From the NCBI GenBank assembly GCA_963692525.1, contig OY829953.1, positions 520,380 through 584,379 of the forward strand: a DNA stretch of 64,000 nucleotides, read 5' to 3'. The translations under genes and the position numbers were made by a program. The first letter of the stretch is position 1, and the number at the start of each line of letters is the position of its first letter. The DNA is from Opitutales bacterium (GTDB taxonomy: Bacteria; Verrucomicrobiota; Verrucomicrobiia; Opitutales; PNEW01). Below the pieces are notes generated by a model. It was not told where the DNA came from, did no database searches, and was given only the letters and a program-made list of their open reading frames with translations. Positions 41,931 through 50,495 of the stretch are shown here, one piece after another.

Positions 41931-43391
41931 TTAAATGGATTTATCAGAGTAATTCTCGTAACGAGTAAATTCCGGTCTAAACGTTAATGGAACCTTACCG
42001 ACAGGACCGTTGCGTTGTTTAGCTATGATTAAATCAATCACCTCTCCTGATGAAGGCACAGTATTGCCATTTCCTCCCTCCTCTCGTTTATCCCCCCTTT
42101 TCGCAAGGAGAAAGACGACATCAGCATCCTGTTCAATGGATCCCGACTCGCGTAAGTCCGAGAGCCGAGGCTGTCTTTTTTCTCTTTCAGATTCACGGTT
42201 CAGTTGACTTAAGACAAGCACTGGCACTTCCAGTTCCTTTGCCATTGCTTTGATCCCACGAGAAATTTCAGAGATCTGCTGCTCTCTTGCCACCCGGCTA
42301 TCAGTGCCTGAGATGAGCTGCAAATAATCGACAACAATCAGGCCCAGCTTGTGTTTTGCGTGCATGCGCCGTGCTTTGGCGCGCATTTCAAGGATCGTTA
42401 ACTGCCCGGATTCGTCAATCCAGAGTGGAGCTTCTTTCAATGCCTTTGCATCGCGACTCAGACGATTTTGATCCTCCCGGGCTACCATCCCGTCTTTAAC
42501 TCTCTGCATGTTCACCTTTGAATGGCTGCAAAGGAGACGAAACGCGAGCTGGCTCGCGCTCATCTCCAAATTAAAGAACAGCGTCGGCACGGGCTTGCGC
42601 TGCTTATCACTGGGAAAAGTCGCGGCATCGGCAATATTCAGGGCGAGAGATGTTTTTCCCACCGACGGGCGAGCGGCAAGAACAATCATCTCTGACTTAT
42701 GAAAACCAAAAGTCATACGGTCGAGATCGATAAATCCGCTCGAAACTCCACTTAATTCACCCTTACTTTGAAGAAGCGTATTGATCAATTTTACCGCTGA
42801 GTCGATGGAATCCTTTATTGGGATAGCAGATTCCGTGACACGATCTTGACTGATTTCAAAAATCTTCTGTTCTGCTGCCTCGAGAAAATTATCTAACCCA
42901 TCCTGCGAATGATAACAGTCGTCTACGATTTGAGTTGCCGATTTTATAAGCCGTCGTAAAAGACATTTTTCTCGCACGATTTCCATCCAGTACTGTGCGT
43001 GAGCGGTTGTCTCGATGCGGTTGGTGAGGTGAGTAATCGCACTAAACCCACCAATTTCTTCAAGCCTATCTTGAGTTCCGAGGTGCTCTACAAGAATAAT
43101 TTCATCGACGACCGATCCTTTTTCATAGAGATCAAGAAGGGCTTGGAAGATCACCTGATGCGCAGGTTTATAGAAATAATCAGGCGATAATCTAGCTTCA
43201 AGACAGAGCGTAATTGTCTCCTGCCCGCCATCCATGATACATGATGCGATGAGGCCCTCCTCCGCATCGATATTATGTGGGGCAATACGATCAAGCGGAT
43301 CCGCCGCTCCCGCTCTTTCGCGGGCGCTTATTGAGGCGCGATCTTCACCGCTGCGCCCAACTCCATATGTTAGTCCTTTCTTCGAAGGCAT
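41931..43391 (-). CDS. dnaB: Replicative DNA helicase
   Basis: AARPSVGKT, VDYLQL, LSQLNR, DLRESGSIEQDAD, KQRNGP; no intein. Confidence 0.97.
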   Translation of the reverse strand: MPSKKGLTYGVGRSGEDRASISARERAGAADPLDRIAPHNIDAEEGLIASCIMDGGQETITLCLEARLSPDYFYKPAHQVIFQALLDLYEKGSVVDEIILVEHLGTQDRLEEIGGFSAITHLTNRIETTAHAQYWMEIVREKCLLRRLIKSATQIVDDCYHSQDGLDNFLEAAEQKIFEISQDRVTESAIPIKDSIDSAVKLINTLLQSKGELSGVSSGFIDLDRMTFGFHKSEMIVLAARPSVGKTSLALNIADAATFPSDKQRKPVPTLFFNLEMSASQLAFRLLCSHSKVNMQRVKDGMVAREDQNRLSRDAKALKEAPLWIDESGQLTILEMRAKARRMHAKHKLGLIVVDYLQLISGTDSRVAREQQISEISRGIKAMAKELEVPVLVLSQLNRESEREKRQPRLSDLRESGSIEQDADVVFLLAKRGDKREEGGNGNTVPSSGEVIDLIIAKQRNGPVGKVPLTFRPEFTRYENYSDKSI

Positions 43392-43418
43392 GACCCATGG
43401 TCCGGTATCTACCGGAGG

Positions 43419-43892
43419 TTAAGATTCTTTGTCGATTGGATTTTCGGAAACCACTTCGAATTCTAAATCTACTGAGAGTTCGGCGTGCACCTTAATCTTG
43501 GCAATATGTTTACCTAAAGATTTTACTGGGCTGTTAAGTGCAATTTGCTTGCGATCAATTTTCACATCGTGGGCCGTTAGTTGCTCATGCAAATGCTGTG
43601 CCGTTACGGAACCAAATAATTTGCCGCCCGGACCTGTTTTCATGGCGATAGCAATATGTAAATTCTCGATCTTCTTAGCAATTTCCTGAGCTGTTGAAAG
43701 TTCGTTCGTCAATCTATCCTCACGCCTTTTGACCAGTGCTTCAATCTGCTTTCGATTGGCATGATTAACTGGAACGGCCATCATTTTCGGGAAAAGATAA
43801 TTACGTGCGAATCCCGCTTTCACTTGAACATGATCGCCTTCATTACCTAATTTTTCAATAGGTTTGAGAAGTAATATATCAGTTGTAGCCAT
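43419..43892 (-). CDS. rplI: 50S ribosomal protein L9
   Basis: VKAGFARNYLFP, GKLFGSVT. Confidence 0.96.
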   Translation of the reverse strand: MATTDILLLKPIEKLGNEGDHVQVKAGFARNYLFPKMMAVPVNHANRKQIEALVKRREDRLTNELSTAQEIAKKIENLHIAIAMKTGPGGKLFGSVTAQHLHEQLTAHDVKIDRKQIALNSPVKSLGKHIAKIKVHAELSVDLEFEVVSENPIDKES

Positions 43893-43941
43893 TGTTTTAT
43901 TTTATTAAAAATGTTTAAACGATAAAGTTTAAATTAGAAGA

Positions 43942-44397
43942 TTAAAAAGGAACATCATCATCGATATCCGGTTCATCTACACTTCCGGATGATGCGCCGG
44001 CGTTACCCATATCAGATTTTCGTGATGGCGGGGATACATTTTCATAACTTGAATCTCCTCCATCGCTTTTACTACCTACAAATTGAAATCCTTCCAGGAT
44101 AACTTTTAACTTATTGCGCTTTTCTCCCGTTTTGCTTTCCCATGAGTCTAATTGAAGACGCCCCTCCACGAGTATTGGTCGTCCTTTATTCATGTACTTT
44201 GCCAGGACTTCAGCCTGTTTACCAAACGCATCAACATCAACGAAGGTAACATCTTCACGGTTATTCCCATCACTATCACGATAAGTACGATTAACCGCCA
44301 ATCCAATCTGACAAACAGAAGTTCCTTTTGGCGTGACCCGAAGTTCGGGGTCACGCGTCAAATTGCCCATCAGGATTACTTTATTGTAGGATGCCAT
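43942..44397 (-). CDS. ssb: Single-stranded DNA-binding protein
   Basis: NKVILMGNLTRDPE, C-terminal DDDVPF. Confidence 0.97.
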   Translation of the reverse strand: MASYNKVILMGNLTRDPELRVTPKGTSVCQIGLAVNRTYRDSDGNNREDVTFVDVDAFGKQAEVLAKYMNKGRPILVEGRLQLDSWESKTGEKRNKLKVILEGFQFVGSKSDGGDSSYENVSPPSRKSDMGNAGASSGSVDEPDIDDDVPF

Positions 44398-44415
44398 TTC
44401 GCTTTGAAGGTATTA

Positions 44416-44718
44416 TTATACGGATTGTATAATGATGCGTTTAATCGTCTTTTCAAGGCGCAAGTTTTCCTGCAATTGACGAGGGGCATCAGGTGGACCG
44501 TTAAAAGCGATGTTTAAATAAAAATCTGCGAGATGTTTTTTATCTGTGACACGTATAAAATCAAAACGCCCGAGATTATTCACATCACCCACTTCACCTC
44601 CCACCTCTTCAATTGCTTTTTTCAATTGTTCAATAAGGGCATCAATTGTCTCTTCAACGCCACGCGTATCGAGAATGATGGAGGCATTATAATTACGACT
44701 AGTTAAAGTTTGATTCAT
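44416..44718 (-). CDS. rpsF: 30S ribosomal protein S6
   Basis: Size, S6-like pattern and position directly upstream of ssb. Confidence 0.85.
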   Translation of the reverse strand: MNQTLTSRNYNASIILDTRGVEETIDALIEQLKKAIEEVGGEVGDVNNLGRFDFIRVTDKKHLADFYLNIAFNGPPDAPRQLQENLRLEKTIKRIIIQSV

Positions 44719-45301
44719 CAGTAGTTTTATTTCGTTTGTTAATTTGATTCATGGCAAGGTTTGGTCCTCTGTCAATAAGGAGCTGAAGATTGGTCAAATA
44801 ATCGCTCATTTTGTTATTCACAACCTCCTGCTCTTGGGCATTAAATTTACTAAGAACGAAAACTTTCAGTTCGATTTCAGGTGGCACTTTTGGACCAATG
44901 CCAATACGAAAACGGGAAAACCCATCACCCAGGTGTTGGATGACACTATCAATGCCATTATGGCCGCCGGCGCTTCCGTTTGTTGTGATTTTCATTTCCC
45001 CCAAATTAATTTGTACTTCATCAGCTACAATGATCAAATTCTCAACTGCTATTTTATAATAGTCGCAAAGTGGATTTAGAGAACGACCGCTTTCATTCAT
45101 GTAGGTGAGTGGTTTAACCAACAATAAGGATTTTTTATCCAGGGTCAGACGAGCGACTTCTGCCTCAAATCTGTTCTCAGATTTCCATTTTCCGCCATTC
45201 TGTTTATTCAAACTATCAACAATTTCAAATCCTATATTATGTCGCGTGTGACGATATTCATCTCCAGGGTTTCCCAATCCCGCAATAACCAATATGGACA
45301 T
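44699..45301 (-). CDS. pth: Peptidyl-tRNA hydrolase
   Basis: GLGNPG..Y..TRHNIGF, KPLTYMN.SG, GGHNG. Confidence 0.96.
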   Translation of the reverse strand: MSILVIAGLGNPGDEYRHTRHNIGFEIVDSLNKQNGGKWKSENRFEAEVARLTLDKKSLLLVKPLTYMNESGRSLNPLCDYYKIAVENLIIVADEVQINLGEMKITTNGSAGGHNGIDSVIQHLGDGFSRFRIGIGPKVPPEIELKVFVLSKFNAQEQEVVNNKMSDYLTNLQLLIDRGPNLAMNQINKRNKTTDESNFN

Positions 45302-45366
45302 GACTAAAATTAAAAATTTTAATAAGGGGTAAAGTCTAAAACGACTTTATCTCTAAGCTGAGCTTT

Positions 45367-46065
45367 TTAAGAATCGGAATCAGATTTACCCGTCTCACCC
45401 TTATCCTCACTTTTTGATGTGGGTGCTTCGCCTTCTGACGGTTCTTTACCCTCTTCCAATTCCTCCTCACCAACTTCCTCTTCATCTACTACAACCGGTT
45501 CTTCTTGAACCGCTGGTGCTACGCAAGCAACGACAAGCAATTCCGGGTCGGCAATAAATTCGACCCCCGCGATTTCTGTAAGATCTTTAATGTGGATTGA
45601 ATCGCCAGTGTGAAGCTCAGAAACTTCAATATCAACTGTTGAAGGTAAGTCACCTGGTAAACAGCGTATCTCCAGATCATGTGCGAAAATTTCCATGAGG
45701 GCACCTTCGTTCTTCACCCCGATAGCTTCACCGATAATATGAACAGCTACATTCGTATGCATCCTTTCAGTGCTTGATACTTCATGAAAGTCAATATGGA
45801 GGAATTGATCCGTACGCGCATCGCGTTGTACTTCCTTTATAATCGTTAACGCCGGTTTATCCCCCTCAACGTCAACTTGAATTAATGTAGTAACACCAGA
45901 TATTGCTTTCCAGAGAACGCGGAAGTCGGTTTGCTCAATGATTAGTGGCTGACTTCCTTTTTTACCATAAATGACCGCGGGTATTTTTCCTGACGCGCGT
46001 AAGCGGCGATTTGACCCTCGGCCGGTCTCTTCTCTGGGAATAACTTTTAATTCTAGTTGTTTCAT
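45367..46065 (-). CDS. rplY: 50S ribosomal protein L25/Ctc
   Basis: RRLRASGKIPAVIYG, HIDF, acidic tail. Confidence 0.95.
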   Translation of the reverse strand: MKQLELKVIPREETGRGSNRRLRASGKIPAVIYGKKGSQPLIIEQTDFRVLWKAISGVTTLIQVDVEGDKPALTIIKEVQRDARTDQFLHIDFHEVSSTERMHTNVAVHIIGEAIGVKNEGALMEIFAHDLEIRCLPGDLPSTVDIEVSELHTGDSIHIKDLTEIAGVEFIADPELLVVACVAPAVQEEPVVVDEEEVGEEELEEGKEPSEGEAPTSKSEDKGETGKSDSDS

Positions 46066-46292
46066 AATATTATCATCAACGGGATTAGCTTACTCCCATC
46101 AGAAAAAGCTTAAAATTCATAAACTTATGATTCTAAAAAGCAATCAAAAGTTTAAATTTCTTTCTTCCCCGCATTATTACTTAGGAACTGTAATAATTAG
46201 GCCGGTTTTGCGTCAAAGTGACTATAAAATCTTAGACAAGTAATACCTTGCGATTGTTTTCTTTTGCCAGAACTCCGGTTATGCTCCCCTCC

Positions 46293-47891
46293 TCAATTTT
46301 CTTCCAGGTTAGTAGACTTATTACCGGGGACGAGATAAGTATTCTCTCTATCGCTTTGAAGGACTTGATCTAACTTCTCCCGCAACTGATGAAACATGAA
46401 TGGCTTGAATAGCCGCACGGCCGGAAACTTCAATTTTCTGCTATAGGATTCCGTTTTACCGAGCGAATTTATAATAATTAATGGCAAATGATAGTCGTTG
46501 ACCAAATCAATAATTTTATCCGCTATTCCATCAACTTGTGACATCGACCACTGGGCATCGATAAAAACAACCCCAAAGTCATTAATATCATACTCTAACA
46601 GGCTCAGGGCTTTATCCACGGTATGCGCAAATACTGTCGGAACTTCTAATCGTTTTAATTTCGCGGCAAGACCACTAAAAGTCATGGGGTTTTCGATAAC
46701 GAGTGCATGTTTTTCTTTATTCCAATCTATTAATGGAACGGGTGCCAATGAGAAAGAATTTACCTTTACGGTAAAAGTGAAGGTAGAACCTTTTCCTAAT
46801 TCACTTTTAACTGTAAGATCGCCCCCCATCATTTTCGCCAGGTGTTTTGTAATCGTAAGACCAAGACCCGTACCTCCAAAATTGCGCGCGGTTGAATGAC
46901 TACCTTGATTAAAAGCGTCAAATATGTAATCCAGTTTATCTTCAGATATCCCTAACCCTGTATCGAGAATAGAAAATTTGAGTTCCGCTGAACCGTCAGA
47001 AAACTGTTCTGCTAATGAAACTGAAACGACAATTTCACCACTCATCGTGAATTTAACGGCGTTGCTTAGAAGATTGATCAAAATTTGCCGCAATCGATTG
47101 GGATCGGATTCAATGATCAGAGGAAGATTTTCATCCTCGTCACAAATGAACTCCAACTGTTTGGCATATATTTTGGAAGAGAACAGAGCCAAAGTCTCTT
47201 GCAGCCATTGATGAAGATTAAACGATACGGAATCGATTTCGAGTTTGTTCGCTTCGATCTTCGAAAGATCCAGAATATCATTGAGCAAATTTAGAAGATT
47301 TCTCCCTGAATTCTTAATCGTAATCAAATATTCCAACTGCTCTTCATCAAGGGAAGTTTCATGAAGTAATTCGCACATCCCCATAAGCGCATTCATCGGT
47401 GTGCGAATTTCATGACTCATATTCGCGAGAAACAATGATTTCACTCGATTAGCAGACTCTGCTCTTTTACAGGCCGCATCCAGCCTTTCTTCCAATCGCT
47501 TATTTGATGCTACACTTTGAGTTATATTTTCGACTACGCCCAATACTTGAATGATCTCATTATCAGATTTGAACTGATAAGCGGTAAACGTAATTTTTAA
47601 AATCAGATGACGCCCGGCGCGGTCTTGCATGCGAGCGGCACAACTGAAACGTTCGTTGGGTTTCAATTTATCAAGCTCTAACAAGCACGAAGGTGAATTA
47701 TTATCGTTTTTTTGCTGATTTAAGGCGTGAAAAAAATCAATTCCTTTTGTCTGAATCTCCTGAGAGGAGTAGCCCGATAAATTTTCCAGCTCACCATTGG
47801 TATAAACAATTCTCTTCTCAATTAGATCGTAAATAAAGATCGGGAATGGGAATAATTCTGCAGAAATATTTGGAGAATTTGTGTTACTCAC
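46293..47891 (-). CDS. PAS-domain hybrid sensor histidine kinase with atypical receiver domain
   Basis: FLANMSHEIRTPMN, NLLSNAVKFT, DTGLGI, GGTGLGL; C-terminal IDAQ...FKP. Confidence 0.9.
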   Translation of the reverse strand: MSNTNSPNISAELFPFPIFIYDLIEKRIVYTNGELENLSGYSSQEIQTKGIDFFHALNQQKNDNNSPSCLLELDKLKPNERFSCAARMQDRAGRHLILKITFTAYQFKSDNEIIQVLGVVENITQSVASNKRLEERLDAACKRAESANRVKSLFLANMSHEIRTPMNALMGMCELLHETSLDEEQLEYLITIKNSGRNLLNLLNDILDLSKIEANKLEIDSVSFNLHQWLQETLALFSSKIYAKQLEFICDEDENLPLIIESDPNRLRQILINLLSNAVKFTMSGEIVVSVSLAEQFSDGSAELKFSILDTGLGISEDKLDYIFDAFNQGSHSTARNFGGTGLGLTITKHLAKMMGGDLTVKSELGKGSTFTFTVKVNSFSLAPVPLIDWNKEKHALVIENPMTFSGLAAKLKRLEVPTVFAHTVDKALSLLEYDINDFGVVFIDAQWSMSQVDGIADKIIDLVNDYHLPLIIINSLGKTESYSRKLKFPAVRLFKPFMFHQLREKLDQVLQSDRENTYLVPGNKSTNLEEN

Positions 47892-48105
47892 AGAACAGAT
47901 TCAGGCAATTTATAATTAAAGTATTAAAAAACCTAATTAAATATTAAATTATAGGGTATGAAAAAAAGAATCTTTACCCTCCGACTCCTTGTCAAATAAA
48001 TCTATCTTTGAACACTAAATTTTTCTAATTAATTTGATATGCCATGTGATTTTTTTATTATTAGATATCGATAATTTCAGCATCTTGAGACGTTGCTAAT
48101 CAGAC

Positions 48106-48180
48106 GTCCCCATAGTTCAATGGATAGAACCGCGGTTTCCTAAACCGTTAATCCGAGTTCGACTCTCGGTGGGGGCACCA
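48106..48180 (+). tRNA. tRNA-Arg (anticodon CCT)
   Basis: Acceptor GTCCCCA/TGGGGGC, D arm, anticodon arm GCGGT-TTCCTAA-ACCGT, T arm CCGAG-TTCGACT-CTCGG, encoded CCA. Confidence 0.96.
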
Positions 48181-48797
48181 GCCTTCGCCCGTTGGGCTAC
48201 GGCTGGCAGGCCAGCTATCAGCTGTTGAGTACGTAAAAAAACATTAAAAGGTCTATTGCTTGGCGAAGGCTGCGCGCTATAGCTCGAAGAGCGACGGCGG
48301 GCATTTCGTGCAAATGCTAGGGAAATGGTTTTCTCTCTATATTTGTAAATATAAAACTTCGCCCGTTGGGCTACGGCTGGCAGGCCAGCTATCAAATTTC
48401 GTACCCCCTCCCTCTAACCTATGATCGCTCAATTTCCTGGCGAAGGCTGCGCGCTATAGCTCGAAGAGCGACGGCGGGCATTTCGTGCAAATACGAGGGA
48501 AATGGTTTTCTCTCTTTATTCATAAATATAAAACTTCGCCCGTTGGGCTACGGCTGGCAGGCCAGCTATCAAATTTCGTACCCCCTCCCTCTAACCTATG
48601 ATCGCTCAATTTCCTGGCGAAGGCTGCGCGCTATAGCTCGAAGAGCGACGGCGGGCATTTCGTGCAAATACGAGGGAAATGGTTTTCTCTCTTTATTTGT
48701 AAATATAAAACTTCGCTCCCGCAGTAGCGGGACTGGCAGGACCAGCTATCAATTTTCGTACCCCCTCCCTCTAACCTGTGATCGCTCAATTTCCCGG
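48178..48797. repeat. About 3.5-unit tandem array (174/177/177 bp) of inverted REP-like pairs (BIME-like)
   Basis: CTTCGC motif at 48183, 48357, 48534, 48711; opposite-orientation palindromes at 48269, 48446, 48623. Confidence 0.92.
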
Positions 48798-48809
48798 TGT
48801 TAAATATCC

Positions 48810-49780
48810 TTACTCTCCCAGCCAATTGGGGACTTTGGCCACCCACCCATTCAGCTCTACAAATTGTTTTTCCAGTACTCCAAGCTTTTGGTAAACATGA
48901 GAGGGAAATCTTCGCTCCAAGAAGTATGTAAAATCCGTGAGTAATGTCGGTTCATTTCCCATCAATTGACTGAGGTAGGAAAGCTCAGACACGATTAAAG
49001 TAGCAAGATAATGGTTATCGTTGAGTTGTAATATATCTATTCTATCTGAATCTATATTTATTTCTTCCAGTTTAAGTATCTTAACCCCGGAACGCTCAGC
49101 GATATCCTGTAAAATACCATAACAGCGAACCAGTCTGTAATAAATATCTACTGGTACTTTACCACGCTCGAAGTGGGGTGTGGCAGGTAGTGATTCTGCG
49201 TCGGGAAAAAACAATAATAATCTGGATGCGTGTTCAATCGCTGTTGTCACTTCCAGGTAGACATCAGTCGGTGTTACTTGCCTATCAAGAAGAATATTTA
49301 ATTGACGTTGAGCATTGATTATCGAGCGATAAACATCGGATGGGGTCATTCTGGGATCTCTAGGTAACTCCTGAATCTGCTCAATTATATTATATTTAAG
49401 TTTCACAATGCCTATTTGATTCAAGGCAGCATTCACTAAATCAAAAACATGAGTGGGCATTATTTTCCCTTCATGCCTGTCTGGTGGTTTTGCCAGTTCT
49501 TGCGTATGTTCGTAGCAAAACCGATTAGCCAGTTCAAAAAGTGCAATCGCCTGGGCGTATACTTCGCGGGGCACCGCACCGGCTACTTTGATTCCAGATC
49601 GTAACTTTTTGGTTTCCCCATCTCATAGCTCAATAACTCGAGTTCTCCGGGTAACAGGGCTATCCGGGTAAAAACATCCGCGGGTTCAATCTCCCTGGCT
49701 TCAACTTGGTAGGGTATTAAAGTAAAAATAAATGAGATCAATATCATCCCCACATTAGCCATGGCAGATTTGATGATCAT
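48810..49780 (-). pseudogene. Secreted helical-repeat hypothetical protein split by a 1-nt frameshift near 49590
   Basis: 65-aa ORF with signal peptide and EPADVF motif continues in the -1 frame as IKVAGAVPREVY into a 254-aa ORF carrying repeated P-x-D/E-V-Y/F motifs. Confidence 0.65.
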
Positions 49781-49881
49781 ATTAATACATTTACTACTAA
49801 TATCATCAGCTTATCAAGCACGATGAATTCAACGCTATTCGCTAATAATATTATGTAAGTTGGGACTTTATCTTTAGACAT

Positions 49882-49917
49882 AAAAAAGCCGCCTCATATT
49901 ACTATGAGGCGGCTTTT
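49882..49917 (-). terminator. Rho-independent terminator of pilin copy 2
   Basis: GCCGCCTCATA-ttac-TATGAGGCGGC flanked by A6/T4. Confidence 0.88.
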
Positions 49918-49918
49918 A

Positions 49919-50312
49919 TTAAGATTTAATTCAATTTATTGAGAGAAGGTAACTACAGTAGCGTCAGCCTTGCTAACCGATAGTTCGGTAAACCCAGCTG
50001 CGATCGGGAATAAGGTTGAATAGGCTTCGCCGGCCACTGCCTTGGGCATCCCCTTTATATACAGGTTTGTTCCAATGATATCTGACGTCACCGCTTGGGT
50101 CATCCCTTCTTCAATGAAGTACTGGTCTGCCGCTGAGGCTACCTGTCTTAAGTTATTCGTAATCGTTTTGTCCTGCGAGGTCTGCCGGACTTTATTGAAG
50201 GCCGGTATCGCCATCGCTGCTAACAGCCCGATGATCACGACCACAATCATAATTTCTACAAGGGTAAATCCCTTATTAGTTGTTTTATTAATCATTATAT
50301 TCTCCATGTGTT
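49919..50312 (+). repeat. 394-bp direct repeat, copy 2
   Basis: Identical to 27965-28358 by eye. Confidence 0.93.
49936..50307 (-). CDS. Type IV pilin, copy 2 (identical to 27982-28353)
   Basis: Same translation and nucleotide sequence as copy 1. Confidence 0.92.
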   Translation of the reverse strand: MENIMINKTTNKGFTLVEIMIVVVIIGLLAAMAIPAFNKVRQTSQDKTITNNLRQVASAADQYFIEEGMTQAVTSDIIGTNLYIKGMPKAVAGEAYSTLFPIAAGFTELSVSKADATVVTFSQ

Positions 50313-50495
50313 GATAGTATTAACAATAAGTATCCTTCAATTATTTAAAGGATAGAGATAATTTACTGTATGATTAATATTATGGCGATAAAAAAGCATT
50401 GATTTTACCTATTTATACAATTTTTAATTAATTTTTTACAACTGATGAGACCGTTTACGAATAATCCCATCCCTGGCAAATGACGGGCGATTAAA

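Noticed and set aside
41931-43391. Intein in DnaB
   Set aside because: Normal length (486 aa) with contiguous helicase motifs.
48178-48797. Possible CRISPR or other guide-RNA array
   Set aside because: Linkers are repeated rather than unique, the period is 177 bp, and no cas-like gene is nearby.
48117-48846. ORFs 48117-48395, 48366-48803 and 48631-48846
   Set aside because: They are translations of the tRNA antisense strand and of a repeat whose unit length is divisible by 3, with no protein-like features.
48106-50312. tRNA-integrated genomic island or prophage
   Set aside because: No integrase and no duplicated tRNA 3' end (att site) was seen; only REP copies share the CCA start.
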